Of a stretch of DNA of 64,000 nucleotides, positions 18,395 through 27,754 are shown piece by piece. The notes under the pieces were generated by a model. That model did no database searches. It was given only the letters and a program-made list of their open reading frames with translations, and was not told where the DNA came from. This stretch comes from Pirellula sp. (GTDB lineage Bacteria; Planctomycetota; Planctomycetia; Pirellulales; Pirellulaceae): NCBI GenBank assembly GCA_040373655.1, contig JBEICB010000002.1, positions 3,534 through 67,533 on the forward strand, given 5' to 3'. The position numbers and the translations under genes were made by a program. Numbering within the stretch: the stretch's first letter is position 1; every line of letters begins with the position of its first letter.

Positions 18395-21300
18395 TTAGGG
18401 AATGAACAAGAACTCATTGGTATTGAAGATCACGCGACACAATGCAGCTAGGCCATGGCGTTGTACGAACGGTGTCAGTGATTGCATTTCTTCTGTGGAT
18501 GGATTGCGCTGATAGGTTCTTAGAAACACCTCCGTGATTTGCTCTGGAGTTGAACTAAACTTGGAAGCAATATATTCCTGCGTCTTATTGCTTTGGTGAA
18601 GCACAAACGGGTTGTTTGATAAGACGAGAGACTGGAGAGGGGAGGCAGTGAAACCCCGCACAGGTGCGAGCAATCCGAGATCAGGAAAATCGAGTGCTGC
18701 CATCATGGGGTCCGGTATCCCGCGCCAAACGGTGCGGTAGATACTGCGGCGGTTCGCATTTGGACTGTTCCAATCGTAAGCAGCGTAATCGAGTTTGGGA
18801 GTCGATTGAGGGCCAGGTTGTTTAGTAAAGTGTTCGATACCTGGTCCACCCATCTTCCAGTCGAGATTCTCCGCTACGAGGAGGAGCGAATCACGGTAGG
18901 AATCCGCATCGAGGCGTAGTCGATTCTGACGCCAAAGCAATCGGTTGTCCGAATCGATCGCGATGGCTGACTGATTATCTGAACATTGTTGCCGATAGGT
19001 CTGGCTCGTTACGATCAATCGATGCAGTTTTTTCAAGGAGCCTTGGGCGTCATCACGAAACCAAACGGCTAACCAATCCAGTAGTTCGGGATGAGATGGA
19101 ACTCCTCCCATACGGCCGAAGTCGCTCGGAGTGTCGCAGATTCCTCTGCCGAAGTGATAGTGCCAAGTACGATTGACGATACTTCGCCAAGTCAAAACGT
19201 TTTCGGGGTGGGATATCCAATTGGCAAGTGCCATTCGGCGTGCTCGTTCGTCATTGGCTGGAACATCGCTGAATCGTCCCGGTAGATGCGTTAAGGCTGA
19301 GAGAGATCCCGGAGGGACTATTTGTTGTGGCTTAGCAATATCACCGCGTTGCAACAGGTGTACTTGTTTCGGACTCGGAATTGTACCCTGTTGTTTTCCT
19401 CCGTTGCCCGTAGGAATCGAGACGCTGGTTCCCACTGCATAAACATTGGATTGGGGGGGCAGTTTTTTGAGTTCCGATTCGACGATGACTGAAAGCGAGT
19501 GTAATTGAAGGGTGAATTTCTGTTCAGGGGATCGGATTGCTGGATCCATGAGGAGGATTGCCTCGATCTCGTTCGGAACTGCGATTGCTTGACCACCCGC
19601 AGCATCGGTACACGAAATGCGGAACGCGCCAAGAAGGTGTGAGCCACCGTGCAGTTGCTTGAGGGTGATGGTCAGTTCTGTGTCGGTTTCAGGTTCGATT
19701 GGTGTTTCTAGTTCAAATACTGCGTGGTGAGCTACACCGACAGCGGGGTGGATTCCCCACGCAGTCTTTGGATCACCATCGATAGCTCGTTCGATTCCCC
19801 AACCGACTTGATTAAAGTCAGCTGTGACTTTTGTGATCTTGATCGGTACTGAAGTACTTGTCTTCGGTGAGAATGCTTGGATGATCACTTCGGAGAGATG
19901 CAAGTTTCCATTTTGGCATCGACCAGGTCCTCGCATTGGGAGAGAGTCATGCGGGTAGAGATCTAATCGGATCGCAGAGATCTTTTTTTCATTCGTTTTT
20001 CCAGTGATTACATAAGTGTCTGTGTCCGGAGAATGTCCACCAGCAACGATAGTTCCTTCGTTGTCTTTGGTGAGCGTAGCTCCTTCGAGTGATACAAAAG
20101 AGGTAGGAGGTAGTGTTTTCCAGGTCGGAAGTTGTGGTTGATCCTTGGGTTGACTTGCGAGGAGTGATATTCCCAATTCGGATTGGAGGGATGCTATTTC
20201 TTTCCTGTTGATCGCATCGCGAAGTTGCATAAGTTCACGACGGCGATTTGCTACGGTTGGATTCGCGTCGTAGGGGATATCACCTTTGAGGATGCCTGCA
20301 AAGACGGCTTGCAACGCATAGTAGTCTTCTTGGGATATAGGATCAAACTTGTGGTTGTGGCATCGAGCGCAATTCGCAGTGGCACTGACGAAAGCGGCCA
20401 TGGTTTGAGTCAACATGTCATCGCGATCGAGGTAATCAAACGTCACCGGTCCGGTGGAATAAGTGCTAAGATCAAAAGTGCCTGCTCCCAGAAAACCAAG
20501 TGCAGGTAGTAGGTTTGTGGCTTGGGGTGCGAAACCGTCGACAGCAATTTGTTGCTGAATAAATTCAGACCAGGGTAGATCTCGATGCAAAGCATCGATC
20601 ACATAATCGCGAAAGGGCCATGCGTTCTCTCGACCTACATCATGTTCATAGCCATGCGAGTCTGCGAAGTGGATCGTATCGAGCCAATGGCGAGCCCAGC
20701 GTTCGGCGTAACGGGGTGACGCAAGGAGTTCGTCGACAAACCGCTCGACTTCTTGATCGGTTGGTTCCTGAGACAGTGAGGCCACTTGCTGAGGGGTTGG
20801 AATTAGTCCGTGGAGATCAAGCGTCAATCTTCTTGCTAATTCCCGACCGGTAGCCGGATGCGAGAGTTCGAGTCCTTGTGAGGAAAGCTTGTGTTGAATG
20901 AATCGATCAATTGGGTTTGAAAATGATAGCGTGACGGTTGGGACTTCGGGTGTTTTCAGGGGTTTGAGAGACCACCAATCGGACGGATCTGTTGTTGTAG
21001 GGGCTAGCGTACGCGGATCGTATGCGCCTTGTTGAATCCAGTTGCGTATTATCTCTCTTTCGCTGGGTGGAATTTGTTCATCGGGCATTTTGAGATCAGG
21101 CTCAAGGTGCTCTATCACTCTCATCAGCAGGCTGGCTTCTGGATTCCCTGGTCGAATAGCTGGTCCACGAGTACCACCTTTTTCCCAGCCACTTTTCCAG
21201 TCGAGAGCGAGGTCACTTTCCATATTCCCAGAGTTGTGGGAGTGGCAACTGTAGCAACGGGATTGGAGAATTGGGAGGACTGATTCGCGGAATAGATCCT

Positions 21301-21433
21301 CTTGGGAATCATCTCCAGGTGTTTGTCCAGAGGCTGAAGATTCGCAGCAAATTAAAGCAAGTAGCATCATTGCGAGAACGTATGTTCCCAGAATGAATCC
21401 TGGTTGAGTAATGGATGGCGAGGTCGTATGCAT
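18395..21433 (-). CDS. Planctomycete cytochrome-c-domain / DUF1549 / DUF1553 (PSD1-type) protein with a discoidin-like middle domain
   Basis: Signal-like N-terminus, 'CYSCHS' (CxxCH), DUF1549-like 'RRLTLDLHGLIPTP...SPRYAERWARHWLD', 'CARCHNHKFDP', 'AIDGDPKTAW', DUF1553-like C-terminus. Confidence 0.88.
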   Translation of the reverse strand: MHTTSPSITQPGFILGTYVLAMMLLALICCESSASGQTPGDDSQEDLFRESVLPILQSRCYSCHSHNSGNMESDLALDWKSGWEKGGTRGPAIRPGNPEASLLMRVIEHLEPDLKMPDEQIPPSEREIIRNWIQQGAYDPRTLAPTTTDPSDWWSLKPLKTPEVPTVTLSFSNPIDRFIQHKLSSQGLELSHPATGRELARRLTLDLHGLIPTPQQVASLSQEPTDQEVERFVDELLASPRYAERWARHWLDTIHFADSHGYEHDVGRENAWPFRDYVIDALHRDLPWSEFIQQQIAVDGFAPQATNLLPALGFLGAGTFDLSTYSTGPVTFDYLDRDDMLTQTMAAFVSATANCARCHNHKFDPISQEDYYALQAVFAGILKGDIPYDANPTVANRRRELMQLRDAINRKEIASLQSELGISLLASQPKDQPQLPTWKTLPPTSFVSLEGATLTKDNEGTIVAGGHSPDTDTYVITGKTNEKKISAIRLDLYPHDSLPMRGPGRCQNGNLHLSEVIIQAFSPKTSTSVPIKITKVTADFNQVGWGIERAIDGDPKTAWGIHPAVGVAHHAVFELETPIEPETDTELTITLKQLHGGSHLLGAFRISCTDAAGGQAIAVPNEIEAILLMDPAIRSPEQKFTLQLHSLSVIVESELKKLPPQSNVYAVGTSVSIPTGNGGKQQGTIPSPKQVHLLQRGDIAKPQQIVPPGSLSALTHLPGRFSDVPANDERARRMALANWISHPENVLTWRSIVNRTWHYHFGRGICDTPSDFGRMGGVPSHPELLDWLAVWFRDDAQGSLKKLHRLIVTSQTYRQQCSDNQSAIAIDSDNRLLWRQNRLRLDADSYRDSLLLVAENLDWKMGGPGIEHFTKQPGPQSTPKLDYAAYDWNSPNANRRSIYRTVWRGIPDPMMAALDFPDLGLLAPVRGFTASPLQSLVLSNNPFVLHQSNKTQEYIASKFSSTPEQITEVFLRTYQRNPSTEEMQSLTPFVQRHGLAALCRVIFNTNEFLFIP

Positions 21434-21466
21434 CTTCGACTTCAGCGAGGCTTGGATTGATGGTAG

Positions 21467-23947
21467 TTATCTGCGTTTCTTTTTGCGCCCTGGTGAGGGT
21501 TTGTTCCGTGCGGATGTCTTGGGGTTGTCTTTATGCTTCCAACCTTTTCCTCTTGAGCGGTCCGCACCTGTGCGACGAGAAGCGTCGGAATTACTAGGTG
21601 CTCTATCGTGATGCGTAACTTTCTCGAGTCGAAACTCTAATTGTCTTCGAGCGAGATCGACACGTTCGATTCGCACTACGAGTTCGTCACCGAGTCGGAA
21701 TTGGTTTTCATCGCGGTAACCTTGAAGGGTGTGGGTATCGCGATCATAGCGATATCGATCCGGGGGTAAGCGATCAATGGTTACCATTCCATCGACAGGT
21801 ATTTCGATTCCACGAACGATCAGTCCGTTGGGTTTAACACCCCAGACTATACCAGTAAGGAGTTCGCCGATTTTCTTTTCTAAGAAATGCAGAAGTTTGA
21901 CGCGGACGAGTTCTCGTTCGGCGCTTTCAGCGTTTTGTTCCGTAGAGCTGCAGTGTTGCCCGAGCCGTTCGAGGACTTCTGTGTTTTCCTTGGCGGGTTT
22001 GCCTTCGATCAAGTTCTCGACGATGCGATGAACGACGAGGTCAGGGTAGCGTCGTATCGGGCTGGTGAAGTGGCAGTAATGTGACATATTCAGCGCGTAA
22101 TGGCGTTCGAATTCGCATTGGTATACGGCTTTGGACATGCTCTTGAGGATTGCGTAGTTGACAGCGAACTCGGTGGTTTGACCGCGAACGCTATCGATTA
22201 CGCGTTGGATTTCGAAACGATCTTGCATGTCATCGGCTGGTAGGCCGAGTGCTCGCATGAAGTCTGCTAGGCGTCGAATTTTAAGTCGATCTGGTGGAGC
22301 GTGAGCTCGTCGCAGCATCGGTAGCTTCAATGAATCGAGCCAGTAAGCCACAGCTTGGTTTGCTGCGAGCATGAACTCTTCGATGATTTGATGGCTTTCA
22401 GTGTGGTGGACGACATGTGCACCTTTTACTTTTCCAAGTTTATCGAGATCGACTTTGACTTCGGGTAGGGTCAGTTCGAGCGATCCGTTGGTTCGACGCA
22501 AGGATCTGAGAAGCATCGCTAGCGAATGCATATCTCGTACAAGTTGGAAAATTTCGGGGGTGAGGCGTTCTTGCCAGGGAGTGGGATCGGCAAGGTACTG
22601 ATCGATTTGTTCGTAGTTAAATCGGTAAGCGTTTTTGATAACACTGTTGAAGACTTCTGCATGAAGCAGGGTGCCTTTGGGCGAGTATTCCATGACGACA
22701 GTTTTTGCGAGTCGATTACGATCAGGTTGCAGGGAGGCCAGGTGATTGCTAATGGTTTCCGGAAGCATGGGAATTACGCGATCGGGTAGATACACGCTGT
22801 TTCCACGTTCTCGAGCTTCGTCGTCGAGGATGGTACCTTGTGGGACGAAGAAGGAGACGTCTGCGATGTGAACGAGTAGTTCCCAGTTTCCTTTTTCGTT
22901 TTTGGAAAGGGAGATTGCGTCATCGAAATCTCGAGCATCGAAGGGATCGATGGTGATAGTGGGAATACTGGTCAAGTTCCGACGGCCCTCGGGGATCACA
23001 TCTTCGCTGAAGCGATCTGCTTGGAGACGTGCATTTTCGAGGACTTCTTCCGGAAACTCTTCGGGGAGGTTGAATTGCACCATAACCGCCATGGTATCGA
23101 CAGCTGGGTTTCGGAGACTGCCGAGTACTTTCAGTAGGACCGCTTCGCCTGGATGGAATTCGTCTGGGAATTGGACCAGCTCCACGATGACTTTGTCATT
23201 ATTTTCGACGGGTAGGCCGCGCACGTCACCGATTGAGACCGGGCGTTCGAGTTTAGCGCCGTCGAGCCAAACAAAGGACTTTTGGCCATCGGTTTGAAAG
23301 GTGCCGGTGAATTGACGTTTCTTGCGTTCGACGATCTCGACGATTTCGCCTTCGAGGCGACCTGGGATGTTGCGTAACGCTGAGCCACCAGCGCGTCGGC
23401 TTGGTGGGGTAGATTTGCGAATTTGGACTCGGACTGTGTCTCCGTCCATTGCATTTAGCGTGCGACGTTCCGGAATGAAGATATCAGGAGTCTTGGTTAC
23501 AGGTTGGTCTTTTTGTTCGTCGGTGGGGTTTGCGATGGAGACTGGTCCTCGCGGAAGCTCGACGAAACCGTAGCCTGCGGAGAGTGCACGGCGAAATATC
23601 CCGATTACGTCCGAAGCTCGTGGTCCAGGTGAAGTCACGCGGTCAGAATCCGACGATTCGATGCCCTGTGAGACGGCATCCGGGATGCGGCTTGGTCGCG
23701 TTTCATTTCTTGGCTTTTTGGCGGAGTCTGTTTTTCCGAGATGCGTGCTGGGAAGAACCAAGTGGTTTGGGCCGAAGAGCACGCGTCCTTCTCGGACGAG
23801 GGTTTTGATGGCTCGGCGTAATTCGCGGTACTGCTCCTCGGAGAGTTTCAAATGATTGAGAATCATACGTGGTTTCATCGGCCGGTATTCGGGAGATACC
23901 ACAAAGGCGAAGACGAGATCTGTCAAAGGTGTTGTGTTCATAATCAC
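21467..23947 (-). CDS. rnr: Ribonuclease R (RNase II/RNB family) with basic C-terminal tail
   Basis: RNB motifs 'DPFDARDFDDAISL' and 'VYLPDRVIPMLP', a C-terminal S1-like region, and a Lys/Arg-rich tail. GTG at 23947 or ATG at 23941. Confidence 0.93.
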   Translation of the reverse strand: MIMNTTPLTDLVFAFVVSPEYRPMKPRMILNHLKLSEEQYRELRRAIKTLVREGRVLFGPNHLVLPSTHLGKTDSAKKPRNETRPSRIPDAVSQGIESSDSDRVTSPGPRASDVIGIFRRALSAGYGFVELPRGPVSIANPTDEQKDQPVTKTPDIFIPERRTLNAMDGDTVRVQIRKSTPPSRRAGGSALRNIPGRLEGEIVEIVERKKRQFTGTFQTDGQKSFVWLDGAKLERPVSIGDVRGLPVENNDKVIVELVQFPDEFHPGEAVLLKVLGSLRNPAVDTMAVMVQFNLPEEFPEEVLENARLQADRFSEDVIPEGRRNLTSIPTITIDPFDARDFDDAISLSKNEKGNWELLVHIADVSFFVPQGTILDDEARERGNSVYLPDRVIPMLPETISNHLASLQPDRNRLAKTVVMEYSPKGTLLHAEVFNSVIKNAYRFNYEQIDQYLADPTPWQERLTPEIFQLVRDMHSLAMLLRSLRRTNGSLELTLPEVKVDLDKLGKVKGAHVVHHTESHQIIEEFMLAANQAVAYWLDSLKLPMLRRAHAPPDRLKIRRLADFMRALGLPADDMQDRFEIQRVIDSVRGQTTEFAVNYAILKSMSKAVYQCEFERHYALNMSHYCHFTSPIRRYPDLVVHRIVENLIEGKPAKENTEVLERLGQHCSSTEQNAESAERELVRVKLLHFLEKKIGELLTGIVWGVKPNGLIVRGIEIPVDGMVTIDRLPPDRYRYDRDTHTLQGYRDENQFRLGDELVVRIERVDLARRQLEFRLEKVTHHDRAPSNSDASRRTGADRSRGKGWKHKDNPKTSARNKPSPGRKKKRR

Positions 23948-24127
23948 CAGGATACCTCACGGCGGACTTTATGCCCATTGCCAGCGATTTCATAGTGGTT
24001 GGATTGCTAGAGGAAGCTTAACAAACTATTCCCAATCGATTCTGGAAATAGGATGTGGGATGGGCTACAACAGGAGTGTCTACGATTTTAAGGATGAGTA
24101 TGAACGTATTTCGAGGGGGCGTTTAGC

Positions 24128-25720
24128 ATGGCAAAGGGGATAACGCGTCGAGAGTTTCAGGGAATCGCGGGTGGTTTGATTTTCGCGAATTCTCCTTGGA
24201 TGCGTCTTGTTCATGGCAATTGGATGGAAGTGCCCAAGCAGGAATTTGGGGTGATGAGTGGTGAGGTCGGGACGAGTAGCGGAGTTATTTGGGGGCGAAG
24301 CAACTTTGATGCAAGAATGCTTGTGGAGTGGGATACCAGTGTCGAGTTTCGGCAACCACGAAGCGTATTAGGGCCCGTGGTAGATCGACTTTCAGATTTC
24401 ACTGGGAGGACTGTGTTGCGAGGGCTTCCGCAAGGTGAAACGATTCATTACCGGGTGTTTTTTGAAAATGGAGCAGGGGCCAGCGATCCGGTTTTAGGTA
24501 GTTTTCGAACCGGGTTCGGCGGGCAGGATTCAGGCGGAGAAGATGTATTCTTCGCTTGGTCTGGCGATACAGCCGGACAAGGATTTGGCATCAATCTCGA
24601 ATGGGGTGGGATGCGTACTTATTCGTCGATTGCTGGACTTGAACCGCAGTTCTTTGTCCATAGTGGTGACATGATTTATGCGGACAACCCGATACTCGAA
24701 TCGATAACCTTGAACGATGGAACGCTTTGGAAAAATGTCGTTACGGATGCGAAGTCACATGTTGCTTCTAGCCTGGACGACTTCCGAGGGAACTACTTGT
24801 ACAACTTGCTAGATTCCAATGTCCGAGCATTTCATCAGAGAGTTCCTTATGTGGTGCAGTGGGATGATCATGAAACAACGAACAATTGGTACCCTCAGCA
24901 ATCATTGGCCCGACGAAAGGATGGATCGCGTTATGATGCGATGGAGTATGGTGCGCAGTTAGCGGAACGAGCGAAGAGAGCTTTTTTTGAGTATATGCCG
25001 CTGTTACCGCAGGCGTCCGGAGAGCGGCGAATCTATCGGAAGATCGCACGGGGGCCTTTATGTGACCTGTTTGTGTTGGACTTTCGTTCATATCGTGGGC
25101 CAAATACCGAGAATCAGCAGGAAGAGTTGAACGCTACCAGCAGTATTATGGGTCGTGAGCAATTGGAGTGGCTCAAGAAAGAGTTGCAAGCAAGTCGAGC
25201 GGTTTGGAAGGTGTTGTGTTGTGATATGCCCTTGGGTATTCCCGTTGGGGATGGGATGGAAGGAAAGGGGTACTTCGAAGCGGTAGCCAATGGAAAAGGA
25301 GGAAGTCCCTTGGGGCGAGAATTAGAGTTACAAGAACTGCTTGAATGGATGAAACTGGCGGGCGTGACAAATACGATCTGGATCACTGCAGATGTGCATT
25401 ATGCTGCAGCGCATTTTTATGATGAGACCAAGTCAGCTATACCCGGGAAGTTTGAATCATTTTGGGAGTTTGTAGCAGGTCCCTTGCATGCAGGGTCTTT
25501 CGGACCGAACTCGCTGGATGATACGTTTGGCCCGGAGGTAAAGTTCCAGTTTGCTTCGCCGCGAGGGAGCAAGTTGCCGTTGGCACCGAGCGATGGAATG
25601 CAATCCTTTGGTACAATCCGGATTGATGCAAAAACGAAAGAGTGCATCGTTGAGTTACGAGGCGGAGACGGCAAAGTACTCGAAGGTGGGCAATTTGTGT
25701 TGGAACCTAGACGCGAATAG
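24128..25720 (+). CDS. Alkaline phosphatase D (PhoD) family protein with Tat-like signal
   Basis: 'TRREFQGIAGGLIF', 'FAWSGDTAGQGFG', 'FVHSGDMIYADN', 'VVQWDDHETTNNW', 'ITADVHYAAA'. Confidence 0.85.
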   Translation: MAKGITRREFQGIAGGLIFANSPWMRLVHGNWMEVPKQEFGVMSGEVGTSSGVIWGRSNFDARMLVEWDTSVEFRQPRSVLGPVVDRLSDFTGRTVLRGLPQGETIHYRVFFENGAGASDPVLGSFRTGFGGQDSGGEDVFFAWSGDTAGQGFGINLEWGGMRTYSSIAGLEPQFFVHSGDMIYADNPILESITLNDGTLWKNVVTDAKSHVASSLDDFRGNYLYNLLDSNVRAFHQRVPYVVQWDDHETTNNWYPQQSLARRKDGSRYDAMEYGAQLAERAKRAFFEYMPLLPQASGERRIYRKIARGPLCDLFVLDFRSYRGPNTENQQEELNATSSIMGREQLEWLKKELQASRAVWKVLCCDMPLGIPVGDGMEGKGYFEAVANGKGGSPLGRELELQELLEWMKLAGVTNTIWITADVHYAAAHFYDETKSAIPGKFESFWEFVAGPLHAGSFGPNSLDDTFGPEVKFQFASPRGSKLPLAPSDGMQSFGTIRIDAKTKECIVELRGGDGKVLEGGQFVLEPRRE

Positions 25721-25756
25721 TTAAGGTTTTCTTGGCGTCGATGCGTAGGGGACATC

Positions 25757-27598
25757 ATGGGGGAGATTGAAATGAGCAAGCTATGTCGAGTAGCAACGAT
25801 ACTACCGTGGTTCCTGTTCTCTTGTTGCGTAAGCGCGATGCTCGCTGGACCATTATTCGGACAAGCTAGTTTCCGTCCCAATGTCGTAGTATTTCTATCG
25901 GATGATCAAGGTTGGGGGGATTTTGGATTCCAGGGGAACAGCAATTTTCGAACTCCCCATTTGGATAGTCTCGCTGCGGATGGAGCGGTTTTCACACGAT
26001 TTTATGTATGCCCGGTATGTGCACCTACGCGTGCCGAGTTTCTTACGGGACGCTATCATCCTCGCGGTAGTGCGGTGGGGGTGACGCAAGGGGATGAACG
26101 TTTGGATTTAGATGAGATCACCATAGCGGACCGCTTTCAGGCGGCGGGGTACCGGACGGGCGTGTTCGGGAAGTGGCATAACGGTTCACAGTATCCGTAC
26201 CATCCAAATGGCAGAGGTTTTCAAGAGTTTTATGGATTCTGTTCTGGGCACTGGGGTGATTACTTTTCGCCACCATTGGAAAGCAATGGTAAACGATTGC
26301 AGGGGAACGGATACGTTAGCGATGATTTTGTGCAACATGCGATCGAGTTCATTCGATCGGAAAAGGGGACTCCATTTTTCTGTTACGTTGCTTTCAATAC
26401 TCCCCATACCCCGATGCAGGTTCCCGACAACTACATGGAGGGTGTAAAAGATCGCGAACTGCCGATGCGGCACGAGGGTCGCAAAGGGGAGCAAGAAGAG
26501 ATCGCAATGACACGAGCCACCATAGCGATGGTTGAAAACATCGATTGGAATGTCGGGCGACTTCTTGCAGTGTTAGAAAAGATGAATCTTACGAATGATA
26601 CGATTGTGGTTTACTTCAATGACAATGGGCCGAATAGTTTTCGTTGGAATGGTGGGATGAAGGGTCGAAAAGGGAGCGTTGATGAGGGTGGTGTACGGTC
26701 TCCACTGATCGTGCGTTGGCCGGGGCGCATTCCAGCTAGCAAACGCATTTCACAATTAAGTGGTGCGATTGATTTAACGCCGACACTCTGCGATTTGGCT
26801 GGTATCGGAGTTGAAAAAGTCCCACAAGCTTATGCAGAGCGACTTGCTGATCATCCGCTTGATGGTATCAGTCATGCTTTACGATTGACTGCGGACGAAC
26901 CCGAGATTGAAAGGGAGTTGTTCAGTCAATGGTCGGGGCGGATAGCCATGCGCCGTGGACCATATTTGCTTGATGCCGATGGAAGATTGTTTGATCTCTT
27001 CAAGGATCCTGGTCAGCGGAACGCTTGCAATGAGCAGTACCTTGAAGTTGTTCAACAGATGCAGGAGAAGGTCGAGAAATGGAAGGTTGATGTATTGAAG
27101 TCGGCCAAGCCTCGACGTCCATTTTTATTGGGGCATCCGCAACGGTCTTGGGCGACCTTGCCAGCTCAAGACGGGAAATGTGGTGGTCCAAATGTTGTCA
27201 GAAGCAACACTGCGCCGAATTGTTCCTTCTTTACGAAGATTCAAAGTCCTGAGGATCGGATACGCTGGGAGGTCGAAGTTCTGCAAGCGGGTGAATATCG
27301 GATCGAAGCGATGATGACGGTGCCGAAGGAAGCGATCGGTGCCTCGTTATGTGTAAAGATTGGAGAACGCGAGTGTGTTGGGGTGCTTCGAGAGGCACAT
27401 GATGCCAAACTATACGGAGACGGAAATGATAGAGTTCCGAGGAATACCGAATCACTTATGAAACGCTTCGCGAGTTTCGAGCTAGGGGTTCTTCCATTAG
27501 AGGTACTGGTTGGGGAAGTCGAAGTTCGACTCGCAGAGCCGCTTGCGGCGGGAGCTTTTCTAGAATTGCAGGGATTGGATTTTGAACGACTAAAGTAG
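25757..27598 (+). CDS. Arylsulfatase (formylglycine-dependent, type I sulfatase)
   Basis: Signal peptide, 'VVVFLSDDQGWGD', and the FGly motif 'CPVCAPTRAEFLTGRY'. Confidence 0.9.
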   Translation: MGEIEMSKLCRVATILPWFLFSCCVSAMLAGPLFGQASFRPNVVVFLSDDQGWGDFGFQGNSNFRTPHLDSLAADGAVFTRFYVCPVCAPTRAEFLTGRYHPRGSAVGVTQGDERLDLDEITIADRFQAAGYRTGVFGKWHNGSQYPYHPNGRGFQEFYGFCSGHWGDYFSPPLESNGKRLQGNGYVSDDFVQHAIEFIRSEKGTPFFCYVAFNTPHTPMQVPDNYMEGVKDRELPMRHEGRKGEQEEIAMTRATIAMVENIDWNVGRLLAVLEKMNLTNDTIVVYFNDNGPNSFRWNGGMKGRKGSVDEGGVRSPLIVRWPGRIPASKRISQLSGAIDLTPTLCDLAGIGVEKVPQAYAERLADHPLDGISHALRLTADEPEIERELFSQWSGRIAMRRGPYLLDADGRLFDLFKDPGQRNACNEQYLEVVQQMQEKVEKWKVDVLKSAKPRRPFLLGHPQRSWATLPAQDGKCGGPNVVRSNTAPNCSFFTKIQSPEDRIRWEVEVLQAGEYRIEAMMTVPKEAIGASLCVKIGERECVGVLREAHDAKLYGDGNDRVPRNTESLMKRFASFELGVLPLEVLVGEVEVRLAEPLAAGAFLELQGLDFERLK

Positions 27599-27754
27599 CA
27601 TTTTTGCGTGTGATTTATGAGGTTTCGATTGGGAATCCGGGTGTATTGGCAGTGTAGTGGTTCATCGGAATTGGGTACCGAATCACAAGGGATGTGGTAT
27701 CCTACGCGTTAGGAAAAGCAGACGTTGTGGCGAGGGAAATCTGAGTTACTGCAC

